Source: Malacoraja senta (lineage: Eukaryota). From it: a stretch of 64,000 nucleotides of DNA. A program made the translations under genes and the position numbers. The stretch is taken from the NCBI GenBank assembly GCA_038087875.1, contig JAXLNO010004340.1, positions 124,001 to 188,000 of the forward strand, read 5' to 3'. Of this stretch, positions 50,881 through 63,047 are shown in pieces. Position 1 is the first letter of the stretch, and every line of letters starts with the position of its first letter. The notes under the pieces are model-generated. The model was not told where the DNA came from and made no database searches. It worked only from the letters and a program-made list of their open reading frames with translations.

Positions 50881-52619
50881 CTGACCAATAACTGCATTAA
50901 ATAAGTGTGATCATTGTCCATCGGTCAGCAGAGAGCGGAGGACTCACTGCTGTCAGCAAATTGTGTAAATTGTAGGTTTCCAACAAGATAGTAAATTAAC
51001 AGTTTAAGAAAGTCATCTCCTTTCAATCTTCACACCCATTAAGTTCATACCAAATAATTCACATCCAATGTTGAATACTGAGCTTTGGTTACTGTCTTTG
51101 GATGTACATTTCCAGATGTTGATATTACTTCTGCCATTTGACAAGCACTTATACCCGTTGCTCTCATTGCGGTTTACCTTTTCTGTATCTTTAACTAACT
51201 TATCCAATCCACACTTGGCTCTCTAATTTATGATAATCGTTGCCCTGAACGTTATCATAATACAGTCTCTGATGCAAAGTTTCGTCCATTCACCCTTCTG
51301 AACACTCTTGAGGACCAGCGAAAACAAGGTCTTGTCTAATCAGAGAATGTTACTGCTCCAACAATGCTTCTGATGACTAATCCTCCACTGGTAATAACAG
51401 AGTTGAACATACTTTTGCTTTGTACTTTGTAGCACCATAGTTGAACCTATTAACATTCCTCAATCTCTTTGGGTTAGTTTGTACAGTGCATTAGTTGACC
51501 ATTTGTTCCCTCTGCAATATAACTCACGTGTACATGTACCAATTGTATTTCTCTTGGGGCATCTTGGTCGGTGCGGGCAAGTTGGGCCGAAGGGCCAGTT
51601 TCCATGCTGTATGACCCTTTGACTTTATGACTCTTGCTATTCTGCCTACTATAAAAATAGGAAAAGAGCAAATGGCAAAATAAATGCTCTGCTTTCCCTT
51701 GCTTGATATAACAAACTCATGAGTCAAACTGGTTGCAGATTATCCTTTAAAAGGAGAAAGAACTTTGCCTGAAAGTTCAGTTTTGTGATGAATTTACATC
51801 ATATTTTTTCCACGATCAAACTGCCTGGGATTTGGGATATGCGTGTCATTTTTCAATGTATAGTCCGTGGATCCATTGCTATTTGCCAGCTGCTGACTCA
51901 GGTTTTACCCTGATAGAGTTTCTGTTTACACGGGGAATTTTTAGCTGACGGGGCTGCCCCACAACATGTGCAAATCTATCTGCGGAAGGCTTTGCAACAT
52001 ATGTCAACTTGGCACGGACTGAAAAGGATAAAAAAAAATAGAAAACCTGTACCAGCTGGGCTCCATGCATAGCTACCATTTTTGGTCAGCATGGCAACTA
52101 GATAGATCCATGACACATGTAGTTTTGAAATCTGAAGCCAGAGTTTTAAGTTTACAATAACTCATGACATTAAGGACTTGGGCTTTGAAGGATTCAATAA
52201 AACTGGGATAACAGAAGCTTGACGTGCCAAAGAATGGCTTTGATGTTAAAGGTCTAGTGAACCTGTGCTATATGAAGACATGAAAACTTAAATCCTTAAA
52301 ACAAACCAGCCTTGCCATGTTTTTTGCTTGTTTTAAAAAAAACGGAAAATGGGCATAATTGGCATGTCTGGCATTTACTGTCCATCCTTAATTGGTCCCT
52401 GACACGAGTGGCATATTGGACTATTTCAGACTGCAGTTAAGAATCTATAGATTTATCAGGGTGAGGTGATTATATGTCTGGAATGCCATGCCGACCATTC
52501 TAAGTAAGGACAGCAGATTTGTTTTCCTGAAGTACGTTAATGATTTGGAATCTACAGTTCCATAATACTATTCCTGATACTAGGTTATATTCCATGTTTT
52601 GCATTGACGATAAATTGAA

Positions 52620-53182
52620 TGTCCAGGAGCGGAAAAGACAGCAAAAAGTTTTGTAAACACTGCCCAGTCCATCACCAGCTCTGACCTCCCCACCATCAAA
52701 GGGATTTATCGGAGTCGACACCTCAAGAAGGCAGCCAACATCATCAGAAACCCACACCATCCTGGCCACACACTCATTTCACCACTGCTATCGGGAAGAA
52801 GGTTCAGGAGCCTGAAAACTGTAACATCCAGGTTCAGGAACAGCTTCTTCCCTACAGCCATCAGGCTATTAAACACTACAACCTCATAAGCTCTGAACTA
52901 CAATAGACTATTATTATTATTATTGCACTGTTATTGTTTTTACTACTGTTTTTTGAGTATGTACGCAAGTGTATATCTATATATTTATATACATAGAGAT
53001 ATATATAAACATATGTAAGTATGTGTATATATACACACTGAACTTTTTTTTCTCTCTCTCTCGTTTATCATATTATTTATTATGATTACATATTCTGTTG
53101 TGCTGCAGTAAGTAAGAAATTAATTGTTCTATCTTGGACATATGACAATAAAACACTCTGTCTCTTGACTCTTGACTCTTGA
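52620..53182 (+). mobile_element. Rex1/Babar LINE 3' end
   Basis: NTAQSITSSDLPTIKGIYRS..., 3' UTR, (tcttgac)n. Confidence 0.85.
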
Positions 53183-53254
53183 ATTTAAATTTGTCAACTG
53201 CTTCGGCTAACGACTAATGTGAAGGCCTGTAGATCCTAGCCTTCATATAAGCAT

Positions 53255-54240
53255 TGATTTATTATGGTCATGTGTACCAAGTTACGGTGATGACCTTTGC
53301 TTTGCATGCTATCCAGGCAAATCATGCCATACATGAGTAAATAAGGTGGAGCAAAAGAGAAAGTAATTAGAGTGCAGAATGCGGTGTTTCAGCTTTAGAG
53401 AAAGTGTAGGTTAAAAAAAAACTTCAATGGCAGCAAAGAGATTGATTGGAAAATTGGGAAATTCATCCCTAGCATGTAAGAGGTCCATTTAAGAGTATGA
53501 TTACAGCAGGGAAGAAGCTGGTACAGAATCTAGTGGTACATGGTTTTGTGTTTTCATATCTAATCCCGGACGAGGGAAGGGAGAAGAGAGATTGTCCAGG
53601 GTATAACTGATCCTGGATTACGTTAGCTGCTTTCCCAAGGAAGCTTGCAATGTAGATGTTGATGGGGCTGGGGCTAGTTTGTGTGATGGATGGTGTCTTG
53701 TGGTCATGGGAGACAGCAGTTGCCATTGCAAGCTGTGTTTGCATATGGATGGGTTGCTTTCTATGATGCCTCTGTGGAACTTGGTAAGAGGCACAGGAGA
53801 TATGCTAAATTTCTGCTAGCCTTCTGTACAAAATCATGAGAGGAACAGTCTTTTGCCTAGAGTAGGGGAATTGGGAATGAGGACATAGGTTTAAAGTGAG
53901 GGGGGGAGATTTAATAGGAACCTGAGGGGTAACCTTTTTACACAAAGTGTGGAAGGTGTATGGAACAAGCTGCTGGAGGAGGTAGTTGAGGCAGGTACTG
54001 TCATAATGCTTAAGAAGCACTTAGGTAGGTATATGGATAGGATAGGTTTAGAGGGAAATAGGCCAAATGCAGGCAGATGTGACTAATGTAGATGGAATAT
54101 GTTAGTCGGCATGGACAAGTTGGGCTGAATTACTTGTTTCTGCACTGTATGACTCTATGACTTCTGAGGAAGTAGAGGCACTGGTTTCTTGGCCACACCA
54201 TCAATATGGTTAGACCAGGACTAGGACAGTTGGTGATGTG
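53255..54240 (-). mobile_element. Older Rex/Babar LINE split by a plus-strand CR1 3' fragment (~53830-54162)
   Basis: SITQTSPSPINIYIASFLGKAANVIQD..PGQSLFSLPSSGIRY. Confidence 0.75.
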
Positions 54241-55074
54241 CGTGGTTGCCGATGAACCATACAGCAGGATCACAAACATATTATCTTCTTTTGTACTTTA
54301 GCTTCCACCCAGCTGTTGGGCTGGATTTCTGGTGTCAGGAGTCAATGGTGGGGACTCTTATGAAGATTCTCAAGAAAGTTAGAGCGTGTAGGTGAAAATG
54401 GGGAGTGGGGTAATAGCTGGAAGATGCATCAATATCAATGAATTGAGAAAGATGTATTGGTGCTTGTCGCAAGAGTAGTGGGAAGCCATAGGTGGGGTCA
54501 ATCGCTTTCTTGAAATGTCCAAGGAGAGCATTCCTGCTCCTAGCCTACCAGAAGAGATGTCAAGAATATTCATTAATATGGTTCTGGCAGCGCCAGTGTT
54601 TTCCCTGTCACGTTTTGTGCCCAAGCTAAACCAATGGAGTAGCATTACATTTTAAACTGAATTGTGGGAGCCCAATTTCAATACGTTGATGGAGAATACT
54701 TCCCTCCTCCCTCCTCCACTTCATGATGAGAGCACAGGGACTGAGATGCCAAAAAAAATGTATTATTAAAATGATAACAGATTAGGTCACTGTCATTTAT
54801 TAATCACCTCAGAGAAACAGAAGCAATGGCCAAGCTATGTCATCTGTAAAGGAGGATGAAATTGCTGACTTCTGTCTCTTAATGCCTAATTTGCGAAAAT
54901 TGTGTTTCACCTAATCCCACAAAGATTGAATCTAAATCTCTCTATTTTGGTCACTGTGAATATGACAGGCTGAATGGCCTCCTTTTTTTACTATAAATTT
55001 GAAGCATTCCATGATTATATGATGTCTGGTTGCATTTTGGGCAAGCTGGCTGAAAAACAGTTTCCATCCCTCGG

Positions 55075-55900
55075 GACTGATGATAACTTGTTTCCATTGC
55101 GCTTTTGTGGCCTATGAGACCAGTGTGGGAACAGCAGACTTCTCTGTGGATGGGGCAGGTGGTGATTCCTTTGCACGTTGGCAAGTCTTGAGGTTTGCAG
55201 CAGAAGTTATTGCACTTCTTCAAGGAAGTTTAAAGACATTGTTGATCTTCTTTCTACCCCACTGTTTCCATGGTCAATGTTGTACAGCCATACACCACAG
55301 GCCATTTAGCCCACAAAGAGCACACAGGCTATCAAGCACACGTTTACATTAATCACACGCTAATTCCATTTCATTCTCTCCACATTCTCATCAACTTCCC
55401 CTTCCCCCCAGATTCCATCACTTGCCTACACACTGGGGACAATTGACAGTAGTCAATCTATCCACCAGCCTACACACCTTTGGAATATGGGAGGAAACCC
55501 AAGCACGCAGGGGAAACTCATGCAGTCGCAAGGAGAATATTCAAACTTCACGCAGACTGCACCGTAGGTCAACGTTGAACCTTGATCACTGGAGATGTAA
55601 AGCAACAGCTCTACTAGCTGGGCTATTGTTTTGTACCCCAACAGAGCTCAGGGTAGAGAGCCTGCTGTCAGGCAGCCAACATTGCGATTTGCCCAATGTA
55701 GTTGCTGGAGCATAACTAGGGCATCAGTGCTGGATATGTTAGCTTGTGAGTGGATGCCAATATAAATTTGCTTATTCTGCAAGTGAATCTGGAAAATTTT
55801 GCAGAGACATGCTTTTCCATGCAGTTGGTAATCCGTGTATTTAAGGCCATTTTGCATTTTATCATTGACGCCTGTGTTTACCAAAAATGGAGTTTATGCT
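55075..55900 (-). mobile_element. Decayed RTE-clade LINE 3' end, split by a V-SINE (~55275-55625)
   Basis: CLCKIFQIHLQ...SQANISSTDALVMLQQLHWA resembles the RTE QLRWAGH region; terminal CPIHREVCCSHTGLIGH resembles the RTE CxxC..SRIGLxSH finger. Confidence 0.7.
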
Positions 55901-57129
55901 TTCCAGGATCTTGCATGCATCTTTTTCTGTCGGAGGGTAGTGCAATGCAGTGGGGTCAAATCAGTGGAGGAGACGTAATGGATTACGCAAGGAATGGAAA
56001 GTAGGGTTAATGTTTTAGCTCAATAATCTGGTGATTGTGCAATGGCCGAGGTGACCAACGCTTTGTGCCAACTAGTTAGCATTAACGAACAAGTCATGAT
56101 ATGCTACTTGTGAAATGTCCCAATGCCAAAGTGTATGCTTCACGGTGAAGTGCATTTTCATGCTAAATGGATAGCTATACATTAGTGGAGAAGAACACTG
56201 CAATCAGTCAATCTGGTTGTCCAACAGAATTATTGCTAAATCAAAAGAAAAAGCCTTAAGAAAGGCATGGTAGATCAAAAGATCTGCCCCACAATTTCTT
56301 AACCTGCTTAATTGGCTCCTGCTTTCTGTTATCTTTTCTGCTAATGAATAAATAATTACAGTAATGTATCTTCTGTCAGATTAGTGGATTTTTCAAGAAG
56401 AAAACATACTTGTCTCAGCCGTTTATACAGATTATTGCACGGGAAAACTTTTAATTTAAAATATTGATCCCTACATTTAAAAAAAATGGAACCTGTTTTT
56501 CACATTAACTAGTTCAAGCCAAATCCTGCCTTTCTAGTGAATTGGAGTATATACTTTAAAAAAGCCACATTGTGCTGGAATCACAAAGCATCTCTGTAGG
56601 AGCGCAGGCAACAAGCCAGATTAAACACAAGGAAAGATACAAAAATGCTGGAGTAATTTAGCAGGTGGATAGGTGACTTCTCGGGTCGGGTTGCTTCTTG
56701 AGATGTTCTGTCTATGTCCTCCAGAGATGCTGGCTGACATGCTGAATTACTACAGCACTTTGTATCTTTTTTAGTAAACCAGAATATGCAGTTCCTTGTG
56801 TCTAGGACTATAGTTTAACTCGGTGATAACATTATGAAACACTTGTTCTTACCCAGCAGTATCTGTTTCTCCACAATGTCTGAAATTGACGTACAGATAA
56901 ACAGCAGCTTCCTATTTGATAGGGGTAAAAGAAACCCTTTCCCCTATATTTGAATGGATTGCTGACCTCAATTTAGAAGCTAAATGCAGCTAGGTGGTTT
57001 GTGTATTTTTTAATATTTTATTTCATGTTTATAATTAACTACAAGTGGTCAAATACATTTCAAAGTATTTCTATATGTATAGTTTTAATTATTTACATTT
57101 ATTTCAACAGTTTTTTTGATCATTCTAAT

Positions 57130-57348
57130 TGGAGAGCCTCAGACGATCTTTGATCGGACTTTACTAGATTTAACTTGCACTAATCGTTATTCATGTCATT
57201 CCCTTTATCATGTATCTGTACACTGTGAATGGCTCGATTGTAACCATGCGTTGTCTGCCCGCTGAATGGTTAGCACGCGGCAAAAGCTTTTCACTGTACC
57301 TACGTTTACGTGACAATAAAGTAAACTAATCTAAACTAAACTAAACTA
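57130..57348 (+). mobile_element. Rex/Babar LINE 3' UTR fragment
   Basis: aaaagcttttcactgtacct..gtgacaataaa(ctaaa)n. Confidence 0.75.
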
Positions 57349-57366
57349 GTCCTGCAAAGTTCTTTG

Positions 57367-57569
57367 TAGGACAGAACTGCAGTTGCTGGTTTAAACCGAA
57401 GATAGACACAAAATGCTGGAGTAACTCAGCGGGACAGGCAGCATCTCTGGAGAGAAGGAATGGTTGACATTTCGGGTTGAAAGAAGGTTCTCGATCCGAA
57501 ACGTCACCTATTCCTTCTCTCCAGAGATGCTGCCTGTCCCAGTGAGTTACTCCAGCATGTTGGGTCTAT
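57367..57569. mobile_element. Fold-back Penelope terminal-repeat mini-element, 15-bp TSD
   Basis: ctgcaaagttctttg at 57352-57366 and 57570-57584. Confidence 0.85.
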
Positions 57570-58458
57570 CTGCAAAGTTCTTTGACAGCAATGAGTTATC
57601 AAAAGGGCGTCAAGGAGGATCAGGGGTGGCCTCAGTGAGACCTCGTTGTCTCTTGCAGCTTGCTCTGCCCAATGACACAGCAATGGTAACCAGGCCATAA
57701 GATTGATTGAGGAATTCAAAAGGTGGTTAACAGCTGGTGAGCGCAGGCAACAAGCCAGATTAAACACAAGGAAAGATACAAAAATGCTGGAGTAATTTAG
57801 CAGGTCAGGCAGAACCTGGAGAACAGGGATAGGTGATGTTTCAGGATCTTTCTTCAGTCTGCTTCCACAGATCAAACACAATCTGTCCAATTATTACAAG
57901 AATTGTAATGTAGATCTGCTGGTTTGCATATGATGGGCCTAATGGCCATCTATGTGTCTTTATTTTTCTGTGATTTTTCTATGATGGTTTGGGAATGTGG
58001 GATTGATGCGCTGGTATAACGCATAGTGATTCCGCTTTGATTTGATTGGAGCTTGAGGTTATGCTACTTTCAACCATTAGCTAATAGGTGTTATTGGTTT
58101 GCTGTCCTCATCTTGGCCTTCAAAGCACATTTGGTCACTGAAGAAACCAATGCCAGTGTTGAATGAGTGTGTACGAAGGAACTGCAGATAGACACAAAAA
58201 GCTGGAGTAACTCAGCTGGACAGGCAGCATCTCTGAAGAGAAGGAATGGGTGACGTTTTGGATTGAGACTCTTCTTCAGACTGAGTATCTGATGAAAAAA
58301 CCTGCTTATTTCCAGCACCTTGCCACTGCTCATGGACAAATCTATCGGCAATCAATTACTCTTTTGATACAGAGGTAAAAAGAGAAAAAAGTGAAAAGAT
58401 AGAAAGAGAAATAAGGAAGGCATCTAAACACCAAGGATGAGTGTCGAAAAAAAGATTA

Positions 58459-58675
58459 AGGGCCTGTCCCACTTTCACGACCTAATTCACAACCTCTGCC
58501 GAGTTTGCCCTTGACTCATACTCGCAGCATGGACGTCATGAGGTCGTAGGTAGGTCGTAGCAGGCCGTGAAGCTACTCGTGGCATCAAGTAGGTCGGGGC
58601 GATTGTTTAGCATGATGAAAAATGTCCACGAGTAAAAAAGGTCGTGAATTAGGTCGTGAAAGTGGGACAGGCCCT
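58459..58675. mobile_element. PIF/Harbinger-type MITE
   Basis: TIR agggcctgtcccactttcacgacctaattcac; TSD TTA; same outer 14 bp as 36119-36435. Confidence 0.9.
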
Positions 58676-59062
58676 TTACAAATTCAAACAATGCCACTTT
58701 GAGAAGCATCTGTGAAGTAAACCTTTGTTTTTTTTAATAATTAACTTGAAAACTCACATCATCACATACATCCTTGCATATTCAGTTTGATGAAAAAAGA
58801 TGAAACAGAATGAAACTAGGAATCTTGGTTGTGTTCATTATGTCCAAATAATACAAAGCATCACTCAACCAAGGAAATGGAGATGTGCATCTATATGGCA
58901 TCTTGCTCTCATATTCATCATAAAATTCATAGATCTTGTCACTGTTGGGCATAAAGCAAAGCTCGTAAGTTAAACTCAGCATGATCCCAAACCTGTGTGG
59001 CCCATCCTTGAGCTGTGGCCAACTAAAACATGCCACATTGGTCGTCTGTCATTGTAGTCTCA

Positions 59063-59361
59063 TGGGCAGCTCAGTGATGCAGCTGGTTGAGCTGCTGCCT
59101 CACAGCTCCAAAAACCTTGGTTCGATCCTGACCTCGGGTGCTGTCGGTGTGGGGTTTTCATGTTTTATCTGTGAGCGCGTGGGTTTCCTCCGGTTTCCTC
59201 CCACATCCCAAGGATGTGCAGGTTAATTGGCTTCCATAAATTGCCCCTAGTAAGTAGGGAGTGGATGGGATAGCATTGAACTGATCTGGACAGATGGTCG
59301 GCTTGGCTCGGTGGGCTAAAGGGCCTGTTTCCATGCTGTATCTCCAAACAAACTAAACTAA
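59063..59361 (+). mobile_element. V-SINE (HE1-like)
   Basis: Head, V-domain, tail. Confidence 0.85.
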
Positions 59362-61021
59362 CCTTGTGTAACTTCACCTTACCTGGTTGATTCTAAACTG
59401 GATGATTTTGATATGGATGCAATCTGCAGATTATTTTTCATCTGCCCTTGCAGGGAGGTTCAGTTGCCTAGACTGCCTATGCTGATTTCACCTTTCTGTT
59501 CACCTCTCAGTTGTTAGGCTAAAGTTAAAGTAATATGAGAATAGAGAGGGGTAAATTATGAAGGCAGCTCATGTAGACTAAGCTTCTATTTAGTTTGTGT
59601 GATCAAAGTGTGGAGTTTAACATTAAGAGCTGAACAGGGGAATTATTTCCTTTGGCGAGGGTAGCGCTTTGTAACTTACCCTCATAATATTGTTGATGTG
59701 AAAAATTGGAAAATTCAAAGTCAAGAATTATGGCAGCCTGCTCAGGCAAGGGTCTTCAGGTACAATGAGTCAAAGGAGATGAATGGAGTTTAGATACAAA
59801 TCAGATGTGAATTAATTGAATGATGCAAGAGGCTTGAGGAATCAAATGGCTTATCCATGTTCCAATCTTCCTTTAAAAGTTGAATATAGATCAATACAGA
59901 TCCTTATCCGGCTGATTTGTGCTCTGGTCTGATGACACCTTGAGTATTATACCCAGTTCTATTTCGATTTAAACATTGGACACAGTGAAATTGAGGCTGA
60001 AACCCCTAAAGAAACCTTTTGAGCCAGAAGATAAAATTGGAAAATATTTTCTGGTAAAGACAGGTTATATTTTCAAGTGACTAAGCATATTAGATTGTGT
60101 TGGAAGGAACTCAATGAGTCAGGTAGCATCTCTGGAGAAAAGGAATCGGTGACGCTTTGTGACAAGACCCTTCTTCAGACTGAAAGTCGGGGAGAGGGAA
60201 ACTGTAGATATGAAGAGGTATATTAGATTGCCTGGGGTTCCGACACATTGAACAATTGGATGCTGGAGGTTTGTGTGTGGTGAGGGAGAGTTGCTGGCTT
60301 CCATGTTCCTTGGGGAACCTACTAATGTAAAGAAGTTCAAAGGGCTTGTAGGCTCATAATATGTTTGCCTTCTTATTTCTTCTCATTATCCTGCTCTCAG
60401 TAAAACCAAAGTGCCTTGGTGCCAGAATAAAAATATCTTCTCTGATGCCTCCAGTTTCAATATTTTGCAGGATTTTTTTTTGGTCTGCTTTTCCTGCATC
60501 TTGTGTTCTGGCCCATTTGTTTCTTCATCCTGTACTCACAACACCACACACCCACTACTGGTACTTGCTACTTCTCTCCTACACTGTCTCTCGCTCTCTC
60601 CAAATGGTGTGTGATGTACTGCAAGTCACGATCACACCGAGCCATGCAAGAACACCGCATAATGATCTTTGTTAAAAAGTAAGATAGTTGGAGGAGTGAA
60701 AGATTTATTTTGAAGCATTTCTGTTAGTTATTGGTCCAGTAGTAATACCATTTATCGAGAACAACTGCATCAATATATTCATCTTTATCCAATTATCCTT
60801 CATTTACTCTTCATCTGCCTATATATTTCCAGCTGACCTATTATTTTCTTTCATGTATTCATTACTGAATGAAACCATTCAGGTTTTATATGTTTTATCA
60901 TCCTGCAGCAGAAGGTATTTTATAATCATAGTTCCCTCATTCCGCCAGTGAGAGTAATCCCATTATTACTCATCAACAAAACCTTCACCCTGCAATAGAG
61001 AAAAAGAGGTGGGCATTGTCC

Positions 61022-61651
61022 TGTTAGAATTGTTGTGGTTCAGTACTCTTAAACGGACAAAAACGCAAATAAAATCAGTGATCAAGCAGTACAATCTTTA
61101 TTTCGCCAGGTGGGTGTGGTAAAACTCTTAACAGTATGCAGATTACAGACTATACAGAGTTCTCATCCCCACACAAAGGGACAGTGATCTCAGGACATGT
61201 ATATATACCCCAATAATTGATGATTCAGCAATACCTTATCTACAAAGCATAGTACAGCCTCTTGCTTCTTAAGATTGACAGATCCTTAAGATTGACAGCT
61301 TCTTAAGATTGACAGGTTCTTCTGACAGAGGAAGGGTTAGCCATATATGGTTATATGAGAAGGCTATATTTCTGCAGAACAAGCATTTTGGTTTTTCTAC
61401 TTTTGACGCACATTATAATCTTATAATCTGAATTCTCTCTCAATGTTTATATTATAGAGGAGACATTCATGAAGCTGTGCTTGTTATCTCGCTTATGTTA
61501 TTGGAAAGGGAACATCAACTTTTTTCTAGCTTTGTTACTGAAAGCCAAGATTAGTGCATTTCGCTGGGTTTGCAATTTAATAGGAGAAGGTGGCAGCTTC
61601 TTAATTTCAGCTGAATCCATTTTGTAAGTTTAAATCTTTTTAACTTCAACG
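61022..61651 (-). mobile_element. Probable solo LTR
   Basis: tgtt...aac(g) termini; minus-strand AATAAA at ~61097-61102; TATA-like run at ~61200; three tandem cttaagattgacag at ~61269-61315. No clean TSD found. Confidence 0.55.
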
Positions 61652-61704
61652 GAATAAGGTAAGAAAAATTCCCGGCTATGCAATATATTAGCGAAAAGTC
61701 CTTG

Positions 61705-62245
61705 GGACGTACCTATAGAAAGGAAATGAGGAAGAATTTCTTTAGTCAGAGGGTGGTGAACCTGTAGAATTCATTTAGAATGGAGATAAGGAAACACTTT
61801 TTCTCACAGAGAGTTGTGAGTCTGTGGAATTCTCTGCCTCAAAGGGCGGTGGAGGCCGGTTCTCTGGATACTTTCAAGAGAGAGCTAGATAGCGCTCTTA
61901 AAGATAGCAAAGTCAGGGGATATGGGGAGAAAGCAAGAACGGGGGATGATCAGCCATGATCACATTGAATGGTGGTGCTGGCTCGAAGGACTGAATGGCC
62001 TACTCCTGCACGTATTGTCTGTTGTCTATTGTTTATTGTCATTGTCACAGACAGCTGTGAAGGCCAAGTCATTTAGTATTTTTAAGGTGGATGACAGATT
62101 CTTGATTAGTACTGGTGTCAAGGGTTATGGGGAGAAGGCAGGAGAATGCGGTTGAGAGGGAAAGATAGATCAGCCATGACTGGATGCCGGAGTAGACCGA
62201 ATGGGCCGAATGGCCCAATTCTGCTTCTATGACATGAACTTATGA
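61705..62245 (+). mobile_element. CR1 3' fragment with a second CR1 subfamily (61776-62040) nested inside
   Basis: ...gaattcatt | insert ending attgtc | attgtcacagacagctgtg... Confidence 0.85.
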
Positions 62246-62469
62246 ATTGAATATAGGGTGGGGTTTTAAGAATTGGGGAATCCTCAAAATCCCTGATGAA
62301 TCCCAGCCAATCACTTACTGACTACCTCCCTCTTGAATGTGAGAGAACAAAGCCAGATGTTAATCCTAATATAATCCTACCCAGATCACCTTGTACCACT
62401 TACCCTCATGTCAACGCATTCTGTGTTCATATCTTATTCCCTCTTAATCTGAGGTGATCCTTCTCCGCA

Positions 62470-62755
62470 GTCTGCTATATTGTAGGAGGTGTTATCTTTC
62501 AATTGAGACACTGAACATTAGCTTCCTTAAATGGACAGAAAATATGTTGGGGTACAATTGATAAAGAAAAACAATGCTCATATCTAAGCAAGCATCCTTC
62601 CTCAATCCTCACCATGAATATATTTGGCATTTCCTTAATTTGCTGTTTGTGTGACCTTTGTTGCAGGCAGATTGGTTGCCACATTGTCAAAACAACATTG
62701 ACTTCTCTTCAAAAGTGATTTCATTGCCACAAAGTGCTATGAGATGCCACAAAGA
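62470..62755 (+). mobile_element. Decayed Deu-domain SINE (SacSINE1/AmnSINE1-like)
   Basis: ggaggtgttatctttcaattgagac...ttgctgtttgtgtgacc...attggttgcc...cttcaaaagtgatttcattg. Confidence 0.65.
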
Positions 62756-62756
62756 T

Positions 62757-63047
62757 GGGGCACAGCGATACGGTGGTAGAGTTGCTGCCTTACAGAGCCA
62801 AAGACCCAGGTTCGATCCTGACTATGAATGCCTTCTATATGAAGTTTGTACCTTCTCCCTGTGACCACCTGGGTTTTCTCCGGCATCTCTGGCTTCCACC
62901 CACACTCCAAAATATTCAGGTTTGTAGGTTAATTGGCTTTGGTAAGTTGTAGTATGTAGGACAGTGCTAGTGTATGGGGTGATAGCTGGTCAGTGTGGAC
63001 TCGGTGGGCCGAAGGGCCTGTTTCCACACTGTATCTCTAAAGTCTAA
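62757..63047 (+). mobile_element. V-SINE (HE1-like)
   Basis: Head, V-domain, tail. Confidence 0.85.

Noticed and set aside
54380-54660. Purine-rich stretch with a ~58-codon open plus-strand frame
   Set aside because: In-frame stop upstream, no splice signals, no motif
60985-61021. Strong minus-strand splice acceptor, or plus-strand polypurine tract (aaaaagaggtggg) before the LTR
   Set aside because: All downstream frames close quickly. The LTR signals point to the minus strand, so a plus-strand PPT does not fit, and the sequence lies in the ERV RNase H remnant.
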